DNA from: Chloroflexota bacterium
Lineage (GTDB): Bacteria > Chloroflexota > Limnocylindria > P2-11E
Direction of reading: 5' to 3'
DNA length: 64,000 nucleotides
NCBI GenBank assembly: GCA_016194865.1
Contig: JACQAT010000001.1
Span: 9,457 to 73,456 of the forward strand
A program made the position numbers and the translations under genes. A model generated the notes under the pieces. The model did no database searches. It had not been told where the DNA came from and was given only the letters and a program-made list of their open reading frames with translations. Of the stretch, positions 34,134 through 42,785 are shown one piece after another; position 1 is the stretch's first letter; each line of letters opens with the position of its first letter.

Positions 34134-34765
34134 GCCGCCCCCATCGACGCTCGCGTATCCAGCCGCGCCGAGAGCGCGCTCGCGGCGCGCGCGCAGCTCG
34201 TCCCCATGCGCTTGAGCGTCTTCAGATCGACCCGCTCCTTGAACCCGACGACCATGATGACCCCGATGCGGCGGCCACGCTTGTCGATGACGGGCCCCGC
34301 TGCCGCGCGCACGCCCGCGAGGTAGCTGCCATCGTCGTACCCGATCGGCAGCTCGCCGATGATCACCTTGCCGTGCGCGCCCGCGTCCAGGGGGATGCGA
34401 TAGCCCACGCGCGCGGTCACGTGCAGGTCGTGCGCGGGCTCGACGCGCGCGACGACCTCGAGCCGGCCGCCCGCGACCATGCCGAACAGCGCGGTCTCGC
34501 CGAAGGTCCTCTCGAGCTCGCGCAGATACGGCGCGGCGAGCGACGCGATATCGGACGCATCGCCGCGCTGGAACTGACCGTTGGCGTCGCGGTTCACGAG
34601 GCCGTGCTGCGCGAGCGTCAGCAGGATGTCGCGCACGGTCCCCTTCGACGCGGTGATGCGGCGCGCGAGCTCGGAGATCCCGAGCGCATCGCCGCTCGAG
34701 AGCTCGGCCAGGAGGCGAGCCGCTTTGTCGACCGCGGGCACGACCCGATACGTACTGTCAGCCAT
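34130..34765 (-). CDS. IclR family transcriptional regulator
   Basis: 211 aa. The N-terminal wHTH is ISELARRITASKGTVRDILLTL, followed by an IclR effector domain. It is the first gene of the molybdoenzyme operon. Confidence 0.8.
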   Translation of the reverse strand: MADSTYRVVPAVDKAARLLAELSSGDALGISELARRITASKGTVRDILLTLAQHGLVNRDANGQFQRGDASDIASLAAPYLRELERTFGETALFGMVAGGRLEVVARVEPAHDLHVTARVGYRIPLDAGAHGKVIIGELPIGYDDGSYLAGVRAAAGPVIDKRGRRIGVIMVVGFKERVDLKTLKRMGTSCARAASALSARLDTRASMGAA

Positions 34766-34814
34766 ACGCTGTACCGGGGATGATACGACGCCTCACCCTA
34801 AACTCGCCGTCGTG

Positions 34815-35662
34815 AGCCCGGTGCCGGCGGACGAGGCCTGGAGCGATGTGCATCTCCGGCGGCTCGCAGTCCTCGGCCGAGCGGCTGCACAACATGATCG
34901 ATCTGCGGGCGACCGTCCTGCTCTCCACGCCGACGTACGCGCTGCGGCTCGTCGAGGTCGCGCGTGACGAGGGCATCGATCTCTCCGCCCTGCGGCTGCG
35001 TGGTCTCGATCCACGCCGGCGAGCCGGGTGCTTCGATCCCCGCGACCCGCGAGCGGATCGAGCAGGGGCTCGGCTGCGTCGCCTTCGATCACCCGGGCGC
35101 GAGCGAGGTCGGCGCGTTCGGCTTCTCGTGCTCCGCGCGCGACGGCGTGCACCTGATCGAGAACGAGTACCTCGTCGAGATCGTCGATCCCGTGACCGGC
35201 GCGTCGAGCGACGAGGGTGAGGGCGAGCTCGTCCTGACCAACCTCGGCCGCTGGGGGCAGCCCCTATTCGTTACCGAACGGGAGATCGCGTACGCGCGGT
35301 GCGCGGGCGCTGCTCGTGCGGTCGGACGCTCGTGAAGCTCCCCGGCGGCATCCTCGGCCGCGTCGACGACATGATCATGGTGCGTGGGGTCAATGTGGTT
35401 CCCAAGCGCGCTCGAGGCGATCGTGCGCCAGTTCGCTGAGATCGACGAGTTCCGGATCGAGCTGTACCAGGAGCGCGGCATGGACGCGCTGCGCATCGTC
35501 CTCGAGCCGCGGCCGGGCGTCGGTGACGGCATCGCCGACCGCGTTCGCGACACGATCCACCGCGACGTGGGCGTTCGCTGCGCGACAAAGCTTGTCGCGC
35601 CGGGCTCGCTGCCCCGCTTCGACATGAAGGCACGACGCCTGGTGCGTGCGGTGCGCGCGTGA
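34815..35662 (+). pseudogene. 5'-truncated, multiply frameshifted phenylacetate-CoA ligase (PaaK)-like adenylate-forming enzyme remnant
   Basis: PaaK-like blocks occur in three frames: SGGSQSSAERLHNMIDLRATVLLSTPTYAL; VVSIHAGEPG..SEVG..ENEYLVEIVDPVTG..GELVLTNL; PIRYRTGDRVRAV..CSCGRTLVKLPGGILGRVDDMIMVRGVNV; FPSALEAIVRQF. Frameshifts lie near 35000, 35260 and 35397. The P-loop half of the enzyme is absent. Confidence 0.75.
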
Positions 35663-36816
35663 GAGGCCTGCGCACCGCGCTCTGCGCGGCCGTTGTCGCG
35701 TGCTCCTGCGCCGCTCCCGCGCGGCCGCCCACGGCAGCCCCCTCGGCGACCCCCTCGGTCGTCGTGAGCTCGTCCGCGCGGCCTGTCGTGAGCGGCATCG
35801 ACGTGACCCCGGCGACGAGCGCCGGGCCTGCCGCGCTCGTCTGGCGGCACGCGCCCGACGGGGCGGGGGCGCCACCCGACGAGATCTGGATGGTGCCGCT
35901 GGCGGGTGGCGACGCGAAGCGCGTCGTCCGCTTCCCGCAGGGCTTCGCCTCGCGCAACGGCAATTGCGGCGAGCCGGCATTCGCGCCGGGCGGCACGCGG
36001 GTCGCCGTCGTCGCCGCGCTCGACCTGCCGGCGCGCGGCGCGATCGGCTGCCGCATCGTCGTCATCGATCTTCGCAGCGGCAATTCGGCCGCGCTCGCTC
36101 CGGATGCGACGCCATGGGACGACCTGCCGGCGTGGAGCCCCGACGGCACCCGGGTCGCGTTCCTCCGCAGCGGTGCCGACCGGGTGCAATCGTCGGAGCG
36201 TCAGGAGGTCTGGATCGCGAACGCGGATGGCAGCGGCGCGCGCCAGCTGTTCATCGCGAGACGCGGCGTCGGCTACCCGCTCGTCTGGGCCCCCGACGGG
36301 AAGACCATCCTCACGGGCGGGTTGCGCCTGCTCGCCACGCTCGACGTCGCAACGACGACCTGGACCGACACGCCGCTCCATGTGGACGACCTCGCCGTTC
36401 GCGCCGAACACCCACAGGTCGCCGCGGTCGTGGCCGGGACGCCGCGGATCGAGGCGTTCGACGTGCCGGTCCGCGAGCGATCGCTCGTCGTCAACGCGAC
36501 GGGCGTGTCACTGCAGCTGCCGCGCTGGCGGCCGGGCCGCGACGAGCTGCTCTACCTGCGTCAGGACCGCACGACGACGATGATCGGCGTGGCGGCGGTC
36601 GGGGGCGCTGAGCGCGTGCTCGCCACGACGCAGGGCGCGACGTGCGCGGAGTGGACGCCTGACGGCGCCTCGATCGTATTCTGCGCGGTGGGCGCGCGGC
36701 CCTGGGTCAGCCGATCCCTTCGCATCGTCGGCGCGGATGGCCAGGGCGAGCGCGAGCTGTGGAAGCTGGACCCCGCGACCGACGTGACGATCGCGACCGT
36801 GTTCCTGCCGAAATAG
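35659..36816 (+). CDS. TolB-like beta-propeller (PD40 repeat) lipoprotein
   Basis: Signal/lipobox-like LCAAVVACSC. Repeated W-x-PDG blades: AWSPDGTRVAF, VWAPDGKTIL, EWTPDGASIVF. Confidence 0.7.
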   Translation: MRGLRTALCAAVVACSCAAPARPPTAAPSATPSVVVSSSARPVVSGIDVTPATSAGPAALVWRHAPDGAGAPPDEIWMVPLAGGDAKRVVRFPQGFASRNGNCGEPAFAPGGTRVAVVAALDLPARGAIGCRIVVIDLRSGNSAALAPDATPWDDLPAWSPDGTRVAFLRSGADRVQSSERQEVWIANADGSGARQLFIARRGVGYPLVWAPDGKTILTGGLRLLATLDVATTTWTDTPLHVDDLAVRAEHPQVAAVVAGTPRIEAFDVPVRERSLVVNATGVSLQLPRWRPGRDELLYLRQDRTTTMIGVAAVGGAERVLATTQGATCAEWTPDGASIVFCAVGARPWVSRSLRIVGADGQGERELWKLDPATDVTIATVFLPK

Positions 36817-36850
36817 AAAGGAGGCGGCTTTCGCCACCTCCTTCTTTCGA
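36817..36850. terminator. bidirectional hairpin terminator between convergent genes
   Basis: AAGGAGGCGGC-UUUC-GCCACCUCCUU forms 10 of 11 pairs and is followed by CUUCUUUC. An A-run on the other side gives a U-tract for the opposite strand. Confidence 0.55.
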
Positions 36851-36870
36851 AGCTCTGTGTGAGAGCGGGT

Positions 36871-37266
36871 CTAGTGCGCGCAGGCCTTCGCGGTACCGGA
36901 CTCGCCGGCCGTCTTGAAGCTCTGGCCGCAGCCGCAGCTGGACACCGCGTTCGGGTTGCGCAGCGCGAAGCCGCCACCCATGAGCGCGTCGACGAAGTCG
37001 ATCTCGGCGCCCTTCAGGTACATGGCGCTCATGGGATCCACGACGACGCGAACGCCGTCCTGCTCCATGACCGCGTCGCCTTCCTCGGCGCCCTCGGCGA
37101 AGGTCATGCCGTACGAGAAGCCGGAGCATCCGCCCGGCGTGACGTACACGCGAAGCGCGAGGTCGTCACGACCCTGCTTCGCGATGATCTCTTTCAGCTT
37201 GTCTGCGGCTCCCGCCGTCATGGTGACGAGCGCCTGGCCGGTCTCCGTGGTGGTCTCGATCGCCAA
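36871..37266 (-). CDS. erpA: HesB/IscA/ErpA-family iron-sulfur cluster insertion protein
   Basis: The family's three Cys are at GGCSGFSYG and the C-terminal SSCGCGQSF. It carries an extra 14-aa tail, KTAGESGTAKACAH. Confidence 0.85.
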   Translation of the reverse strand: MAIETTTETGQALVTMTAGAADKLKEIIAKQGRDDLALRVYVTPGGCSGFSYGMTFAEGAEEGDAVMEQDGVRVVVDPMSAMYLKGAEIDFVDALMGGGFALRNPNAVSSCGCGQSFKTAGESGTAKACAH

Positions 37267-37361
37267 GTGGACACCTCCTGGGTGGATGGCATCAGTTTAA
37301 CCGTCACTGCGCCCGTTTTCCTAGATCGGGCAGCGTTCCGCTCCGTACACTCGAAAAGGCC

Positions 37362-37721
37362 GTGTCCGAGCCCGTTTTGCACCATGCCCAGGTCTTCTAC
37401 CCGCGTGGCCGCGAGGCCGACGCGCGGGCCTTCTACGTCGATCAGCTGGGCCTTCGCGAGATCGACCGGCTGGTGACCGAGAGCGTGGGCCTGTGGTTCG
37501 GGGCGGGCGAGGGCCAGGTCCACCTCTCCACGGAGGACGATCCGCACCTCCACCCGCGGCGCCACTTCGCCCTTCGCGTCGACAGCCTCGACCGTGCGGT
37601 CGCCAGGCTGCGCGCCGCGGGTGCGCGGTTCGAGGAGGCGACGCCGATCCCGGGCTGGCGGCGCATCTACGTCTTCGACCCGTTCGGCAACAAGATCGAG
37701 CTCGACGAGATCCCCTCATGA
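37362..37721 (+). CDS. VOC (glyoxalase/bleomycin-resistance/dioxygenase) family protein
   Basis: 119 aa with the single VOC module pattern HHAQVFY...HFALRV...YVFDPFGNKIEL. Confidence 0.75.
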   Translation: MSEPVLHHAQVFYPRGREADARAFYVDQLGLREIDRLVTESVGLWFGAGEGQVHLSTEDDPHLHPRRHFALRVDSLDRAVARLRAAGARFEEATPIPGWRRIYVFDPFGNKIELDEIPS

Positions 37722-39523
37722 CCACGACCCCCGCCGCGCCGTTCCGCTTCTCGCCGCGCCCGAACCGAGCCGGCGAGATCGCCTGGCGGCCCTGGGGCGA
37801 CGAGGCCTTCGCCGGCGCGCGCGGTGCCAGCAAGCCGGTGCTGCTCGGTATCAGCGCGGTGTGGTGTCACTGGTGCCACGTGATGGACGAGACCTCGTAC
37901 AGCGACCCCGAGGTGATCCGGCTCATCAACGAGCGCTACGTCGCGATCCGCGTCGACAACGACGAGCGGCCCGACGTGAATCGCCGTTACAACATGGGCG
38001 GCTGGCCGAGCACCGTCTTCCTCACGCCGGACGGGGAGATCATCCACGGCGGAACCTACCTGCCGCCCGAGGCGATGCGCTCGTACCTCGAGCAGGTCGC
38101 GGATCTGTGGCGCGACAAGAAGGACGAGCTCGAGCGTCGTGTCGCCGAGGCGCGCGCGCACGATCAGCGGCTGCGCCTCGTCAACGGAGCGCATGCGCAG
38201 CAGGCCGGCGCGCTGAGCTGGTCGATCGTCGACGGCGTGAGCGCGCTCGTGCGCGGGCAGTACGACCCCGCGTACGGCGGCTTCGGACGGGAGCCGAAGT
38301 TCCCTCAACCGAAGCTGCTTCGCTTCCTTCTCGACGCGCATCGCCGGACCGGCGACGCGGATATCGCGGGGATGCTGCACACAACGCTCCGGGCCATGGC
38401 CTCGGGTGGCATGTACGACGCGGTCGAGGGTGGCTTCTTCCGCTACGCGACCACGCGGCACTGGGCGGTGCCGCATTTCGAGAAGATGCTCGAGGACAAC
38501 GCGGAGCTGCTCGCCGTGTACGCGGAGGCGCACCGCACGTTCCCGGACGCGGGCTACGACCGGATCGTCCGTGACGTGATCCGCTGGATGGACACGGTGC
38601 TGTGGTCCGGCCATGACGAGGCCTTCGCGGGATCGCAGGATGCGGACGAGCACTATTACACGCTCGACGCGGCCGGCCGCGCGGCGCTCGAGATCCCCTT
38701 CGTCGATCGGACGCTGTACACGTCGTGGAACGCGCTGGCCGCGTCCGCGCGCTTCGGTAGCGCGAGCGCGCTCGGCGACGCGGCGATCGGCGCGCGCGGC
38801 GCGACGATCCTGCGCACGCTGCTCGGGCGCATGACCGTGGACGGCGCACTGCGGCACTTCGATCGCGGCGACGGACCGCAGGTGCCCGATCTGTTGACGG
38901 ATCTTGCGGCGACGCTCGCCGCGACGCTCGACGCGTACGAGAGCGGTCTGCACCCCGATGCGCTCGCGAGCGCCACGCAGCTCGCGGCGCGCATGGTCGA
39001 AGCGCTCGGTGATCCCGCTGGCGGCTTCTGGGACGCCCCGGAGCGCGACGAGCCCGGTCGCGTCTCGCTGCGCGAGAAGCCGATCGAGGAGGGTGCCGTG
39101 GCGAGCGACGCGCTCCTGCGGTTGAGCGCGCTGACCGGCGACGCGTCGTGGCGCGCGCACGCCGTGAAGGCGCTCGAGGGCTTCGTCGGCGAGCACAGGC
39201 AGTGGGGTCAGTTCGCGGCCGCCTACGGCGCCGCCGTCGCGCGAGCGCTGAGCGAGCCGCTGACGATCGTGGTCGTCGGACCGGGCGGCGACGCCGCGGC
39301 CGAAGGCCTGTGGGCGCGTGCCCTCGCATGCGACGACCCGGCGAAGTCGCTCCATCGGCTCGTTCCCGGCCGCGATGCCGATCGGCTCGCGCTCTTGGGA
39401 TATCCCGCGGACCGCGTGGCCGCGTACGTCTGCGTCGGCACGGTGTGCTCTGCGCCGCTTGCCGAACAGGCCACGCTCGACGCCGAGCTGGAGCGGACGA
39501 GGGAGCGCTTCGCGCGAGACTGA
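37718..39523 (+). CDS. thioredoxin-domain protein of the YyaL/DUF255 family
   Basis: ATGA overlap. The N-terminal thioredoxin-like domain is KPVLLGISAVWCHWCHVMDETSY. It is followed by a long alpha/alpha-toroid-like region (FGREPKFPQP, GGFFRYATTRHW.VPHFEKML). Confidence 0.8.
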   Translation: MTTTPAAPFRFSPRPNRAGEIAWRPWGDEAFAGARGASKPVLLGISAVWCHWCHVMDETSYSDPEVIRLINERYVAIRVDNDERPDVNRRYNMGGWPSTVFLTPDGEIIHGGTYLPPEAMRSYLEQVADLWRDKKDELERRVAEARAHDQRLRLVNGAHAQQAGALSWSIVDGVSALVRGQYDPAYGGFGREPKFPQPKLLRFLLDAHRRTGDADIAGMLHTTLRAMASGGMYDAVEGGFFRYATTRHWAVPHFEKMLEDNAELLAVYAEAHRTFPDAGYDRIVRDVIRWMDTVLWSGHDEAFAGSQDADEHYYTLDAAGRAALEIPFVDRTLYTSWNALAASARFGSASALGDAAIGARGATILRTLLGRMTVDGALRHFDRGDGPQVPDLLTDLAATLAATLDAYESGLHPDALASATQLAARMVEALGDPAGGFWDAPERDEPGRVSLREKPIEEGAVASDALLRLSALTGDASWRAHAVKALEGFVGEHRQWGQFAAAYGAAVARALSEPLTIVVVGPGGDAAAEGLWARALACDDPAKSLHRLVPGRDADRLALLGYPADRVAAYVCVGTVCSAPLAEQATLDAELERTRERFARD

Positions 39524-39567
39524 CAACGCGTCCGACGGCACGCGACGCCACGCCCTATCGTCCGTCG

Positions 39568-40824
39568 ATGCCAAGCGCGCTGCTCGACCGGCTCCGAGCT
39601 CGCGAGTACGTGCTTCCCGACTACAACGGCCGTGGCCTGCTGGCCGTGCCCGCCACTGTGCTCAGTCACTTCGGCGCGCACGACGCGAGCGACCCCGCGC
39701 CCCTCGCGGACCTGCGGCCCGAGCTGCTCGCCGGCGTGAAGGTCGTCGTCGTGCTGCTCGCCGACGGCCTCGGGGAAGGGCAGCTCGATCGTCTTCGCGC
39801 GGAGGGCCACGTCCCCTTCCTCGCGTCCGTCATGGACCGCGCCGATCGGGGTCAGTCCGCGCAGCTGCTGCGCGTCACCACGATCTTTCCATCCACCACG
39901 GCCGCGGCCATCACGACGCTGAACACCGCGCGCACGCCGCAGGAGCACGGCAACATCGCCTACTTCCTCTGGCTGGAGGAGTTCGCGCAGGTCACCCAGA
40001 TGCTGCGCTGGGGCCCGGGCATCTCTCGCCGCGGCTCGTACTTCGACGACGCGACCGTCGATCCGGTCGCCTACCGGCGCGTGCGCTCGATCCATGGCCG
40101 GCTGCGCGAGCGCGGCGTGCCCACATTCGTGGTCGAGCCGGAGCTCTTCCGCAAGGAGGCGATGACGAAGATGCACGCGGCCGAGGCGACCTACGTCGGC
40201 TACATCCTGCCGACGACGCTCGAGGTCCGCGTGCGCGATCTTCTTCGCGCGCGTCCCTGGGGCGACGGCCCGGCGTATGTCTACGCGTACTGGTCGGGCA
40301 TCGACACCGCCGCGCATCAGTACGGGCCGAACAGCCCGGAGCACGACGCCGAGGCCAGCGCGCTCGACAACGCGCTCGGACGCGCGCTCGCGGGTCGCGC
40401 GCCGGGCGACGTGCTCGTGCTGCTGACCGCGGATCACGGGCACGCGGCCATCGATCCGGACCGGCTCATCGATCTCGAAGCGGACCTCGAGCTGCGCGCG
40501 CTGCTGCGGAACCCGATCGCTGGCGAGCCGCGCGTCGCGTTCCTGCACACCGACGAGCCGGACCTCGTGAAGGCGCATCTCAGCCGGACCTACGGCGACG
40601 CGTTCTTTCTCTTCGATCGCGACGAGGCCATCGCCAGCGGGCTGTTCGGTCGCGGCGAGCCCGACGCCGTGCGGCGCCGCGTCGGTGAGGTCTGCGCGAT
40701 GCTCGGCGACGATCGCGCGGCATCGATCGTCCGCATCGACGGCGCCGTCGTTCACCATTACGGCGCGCACGGCGGTCTGACGGCCGCGGAGATGAACATC
40801 CCCATCCTGGCCTGGCGGGCATAA
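39568..40824 (+). CDS. alkaline-phosphatase-superfamily protein (nucleotide pyrophosphatase/phosphodiesterase-like)
   Basis: 418 aa from ATG 39568. The nucleophile region is TIFPSTTAAAITTLNTARTPQEHG. Metal sites are LLADGLG and LLTADHGH. Confidence 0.7.
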   Translation: MPSALLDRLRAREYVLPDYNGRGLLAVPATVLSHFGAHDASDPAPLADLRPELLAGVKVVVVLLADGLGEGQLDRLRAEGHVPFLASVMDRADRGQSAQLLRVTTIFPSTTAAAITTLNTARTPQEHGNIAYFLWLEEFAQVTQMLRWGPGISRRGSYFDDATVDPVAYRRVRSIHGRLRERGVPTFVVEPELFRKEAMTKMHAAEATYVGYILPTTLEVRVRDLLRARPWGDGPAYVYAYWSGIDTAAHQYGPNSPEHDAEASALDNALGRALAGRAPGDVLVLLTADHGHAAIDPDRLIDLEADLELRALLRNPIAGEPRVAFLHTDEPDLVKAHLSRTYGDAFFLFDRDEAIASGLFGRGEPDAVRRRVGEVCAMLGDDRAASIVRIDGAVVHHYGAHGGLTAAEMNIPILAWRA

Positions 40825-40831
40825 TCCGATC

Positions 40832-41278
40832 GTGTCCGATCAGTCCTACCTTCCGAACGTCAGTGGCGGGATGCTCGTTGCGGCGTCCTTCGCGGACGAC
40901 GACGCGGCCCGCAGCGCGGTCGATCTGCTCGCGAGCTCCGGCGTCCGCTGGCAGGACATCACCGTGATCGCCCGCGATCACACACGCGCGATGCACGTCG
41001 CGGGCGAGCGCGCGTGGACTCCCTGGAAGCGCAAGGTCGGCGGCCTGGCCGCACTGCTCGCCCGCGTCATGCCGGGGGGCGGTCTGCCGAAGCAGATCCG
41101 CGGTCGCTACGGCCCGGACATTACGGCGGGTCATATCGTCGTCGCCGTCGCCGCGGGTGGGCAGCCGCCCGACACGCTCGAGGCGCTGCTGCGTCAATCG
41201 CACGGCGAAAAGATCGCCGCGTGGTGGAGCGGCCCGCTCGCGATATTCCCGCCACCGGAGCTCGCCGGACCCTTTTAG
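40832..41278 (+). CDS. hypothetical protein
   Basis: 148-aa GTG ORF with coding-like composition. Two short similar segments (VAASFADDDAARSAVDLL / VVAVAAGGQPPDTLEALL) hint at a YflT-like stress-protein fold, but no firm family was recognised. Confidence 0.5.
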   Translation: MSDQSYLPNVSGGMLVAASFADDDAARSAVDLLASSGVRWQDITVIARDHTRAMHVAGERAWTPWKRKVGGLAALLARVMPGGGLPKQIRGRYGPDITAGHIVVAVAAGGQPPDTLEALLRQSHGEKIAAWWSGPLAIFPPPELAGPF

Positions 41279-41322
41279 CCCCTATTCGCTGTGCTGGCTT
41301 CGCCTGCTCCGCGAATGGGGGC
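41278..41322 (+). terminator. long stem-loop at the end of the plus-strand operon (possible terminator)
   Basis: GCCCCUAUUCGC pairs with GCGAAUGGGGGC (12 bp including one G-U) around a 21-nt loop. It starts at the last base of the stop codon. There is no clear U-tract. Confidence 0.3.
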
Positions 41323-41426
41323 CGGGACGACGCGGTCGGGCTGAGCCCTTCCTCGCTGTCGCCATAGGCATGGGGCTGCTTCGTCAACCAGCGTTCGCTG
41401 CTGGAGCTCGCGGCCGGTCTCTTCGC

Positions 41427-42218
41427 CTAGCGGCCCTTTCTGATCAACGCCGCTGCAGTCGCGATGGTGAACGCCAGCGATGCCGGCGCCACCAGCGCGA
41501 CGAGCGGCGTGATCGCGCCCTGCTGGATCTCGATGCAGCTCGCGACGAAGGCGAGCCCGTTGAAGACCAGGGCCATGATCGTCGGGAGCCGCATCACCTC
41601 CCAGCGCGGCGCGCGCAGCTCGAAGATGCCCATCACGGCGTAGCCAAGCGTCGCGCTGCCCGCCTGCCGCCAGAGGAACGCATCGGTACCCGTGTACCCC
41701 AGCGGGCGCGCGCTGAGCTCCGGGACGTACGGGACCACGCCGAACACGAACGCGGCGAGCGCCGCGACCGTGGTCGTCAGCACGACCCACCTCGCGACGT
41801 CACCACCCTCCGGCGCCCCGGGGTAGTGGGCAAGCAGTCCCGCGCTGATCCGGACGATGAGCATCGACGTGATGAGGATGGCGAACATCGCCACCGAGGT
41901 GCGCGCCGTCGCGAGCTCGATGAAGCACGCGAATACGGACCCGAGGTTGAAGACGAAGACCGCGATGACGACGTTCCGCAGCGGCAGCCAGTCTCCGTTG
42001 CGCATGCCCAGCAGCAGCGCGACCGCGTAGCCGAACGTGGCGGCGCCCGCGAGCCGGTACACGTAGGCGTCCTCGCCCGCATACCCGGTGACGCCCGCGA
42101 AGAATGCCGGTGTCGCGAAGGGCAGGATGCCGAAGACGAGCCCGCCGATGAGCGGGAGCGCGAGCAACGCCCGGTCGAGGTCCGCTAGGCGCGGAGCGCT
42201 CGGCCTGTCCAGATCCAC
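41427..42218 (-). CDS. hypothetical integral membrane protein with internal two-fold repeat
   Basis: 263 aa, about 8 TM segments. The halves align: GYAGEDAYVYRLAGAATFGYAVALLLG / GYTGTDAFLWRQAGSATLGYAVMGIFE, and VIAVFVFNLGSVFACFIEL / IMALVFNGLAFVASCIEI. Confidence 0.6.
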   Translation of the reverse strand: MDLDRPSAPRLADLDRALLALPLIGGLVFGILPFATPAFFAGVTGYAGEDAYVYRLAGAATFGYAVALLLGMRNGDWLPLRNVVIAVFVFNLGSVFACFIELATARTSVAMFAILITSMLIVRISAGLLAHYPGAPEGGDVARWVVLTTTVAALAAFVFGVVPYVPELSARPLGYTGTDAFLWRQAGSATLGYAVMGIFELRAPRWEVMRLPTIMALVFNGLAFVASCIEIQQGAITPLVALVAPASLAFTIATAAALIRKGR

Positions 42219-42227
42219 GCGCGAAGT

Positions 42228-42785
42228 CTAGACACGGTCCACGACGTCCAGGATCGCTCGCGCTGGAAGGGACAGCACGACATACGAGGGAAGGCCGAGC
42301 CGCTTCCAGAGCGTGAGTGGATCCGCCGGAGAGCAGAACAGCGAGATCACCGTCCCGTGCGCGACCACGATCGCGTCGGATGCGGTCTCTTCCCTGAGCG
42401 CTCGATCGATCGCCGTAGCGAACCGCCGTGCGGCCTGCTCCGCGGTCTCGTTGCCGAAGACGAGCTCGCGTGGCCGCGCGAAGAGCATGGCCACGCTGCG
42501 GTCGAAATCCTCCGCACCCAGGAACGGGCCGTCATTTCGATCGTGCTCGTGCAGCCCGCGGACCGGCTCGACCGGTAGGCCGAGCTCGCGACCGACGATA
42601 TCGGCGGTCTCGTGTGCCTTCGGCTCGATGCTGGTCACGATGCGCCGCGCTGTGAACGTCCGAAGGCGCGATGCGAGCCGGACCGCGCGTGCGTGTCCTT
42701 CGTCATCCAGGCGCCACCCGGCCGCGGGAACATCCGGCTCGATGTGCGGGTGGGAATGCTTCACCAGGACGAGCCGCCCGATCAT
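42228..42785 (-). CDS. histidine phosphatase (phosphoglycerate mutase-like) family protein, variant KHS motif
   Basis: 185 aa from ATG 42785 (ATGA overlap). LVLVKHSHP stands in place of the canonical RHG. A downstream AHGTVI histidine is present. Confidence 0.6.
   Translation of the reverse strand: MIGRLVLVKHSHPHIEPDVPAAGWRLDDEGHARAVRLASRLRTFTARRIVTSIEPKAHETADIVGRELGLPVEPVRGLHEHDRNDGPFLGAEDFDRSVAMLFARPRELVFGNETAEQAARRFATAIDRALREETASDAIVVAHGTVISLFCSPADPLTLWKRLGLPSYVVLSLPARAILDVVDRV

Noticed and set aside
35259-35270. 12-nt identity agcccctattcg shared with 41277..41288.
   Set aside because: A single exact 12-mer match between two sites is expected by chance many times in 64 kb on two strands. 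Flanking sequence does not align.
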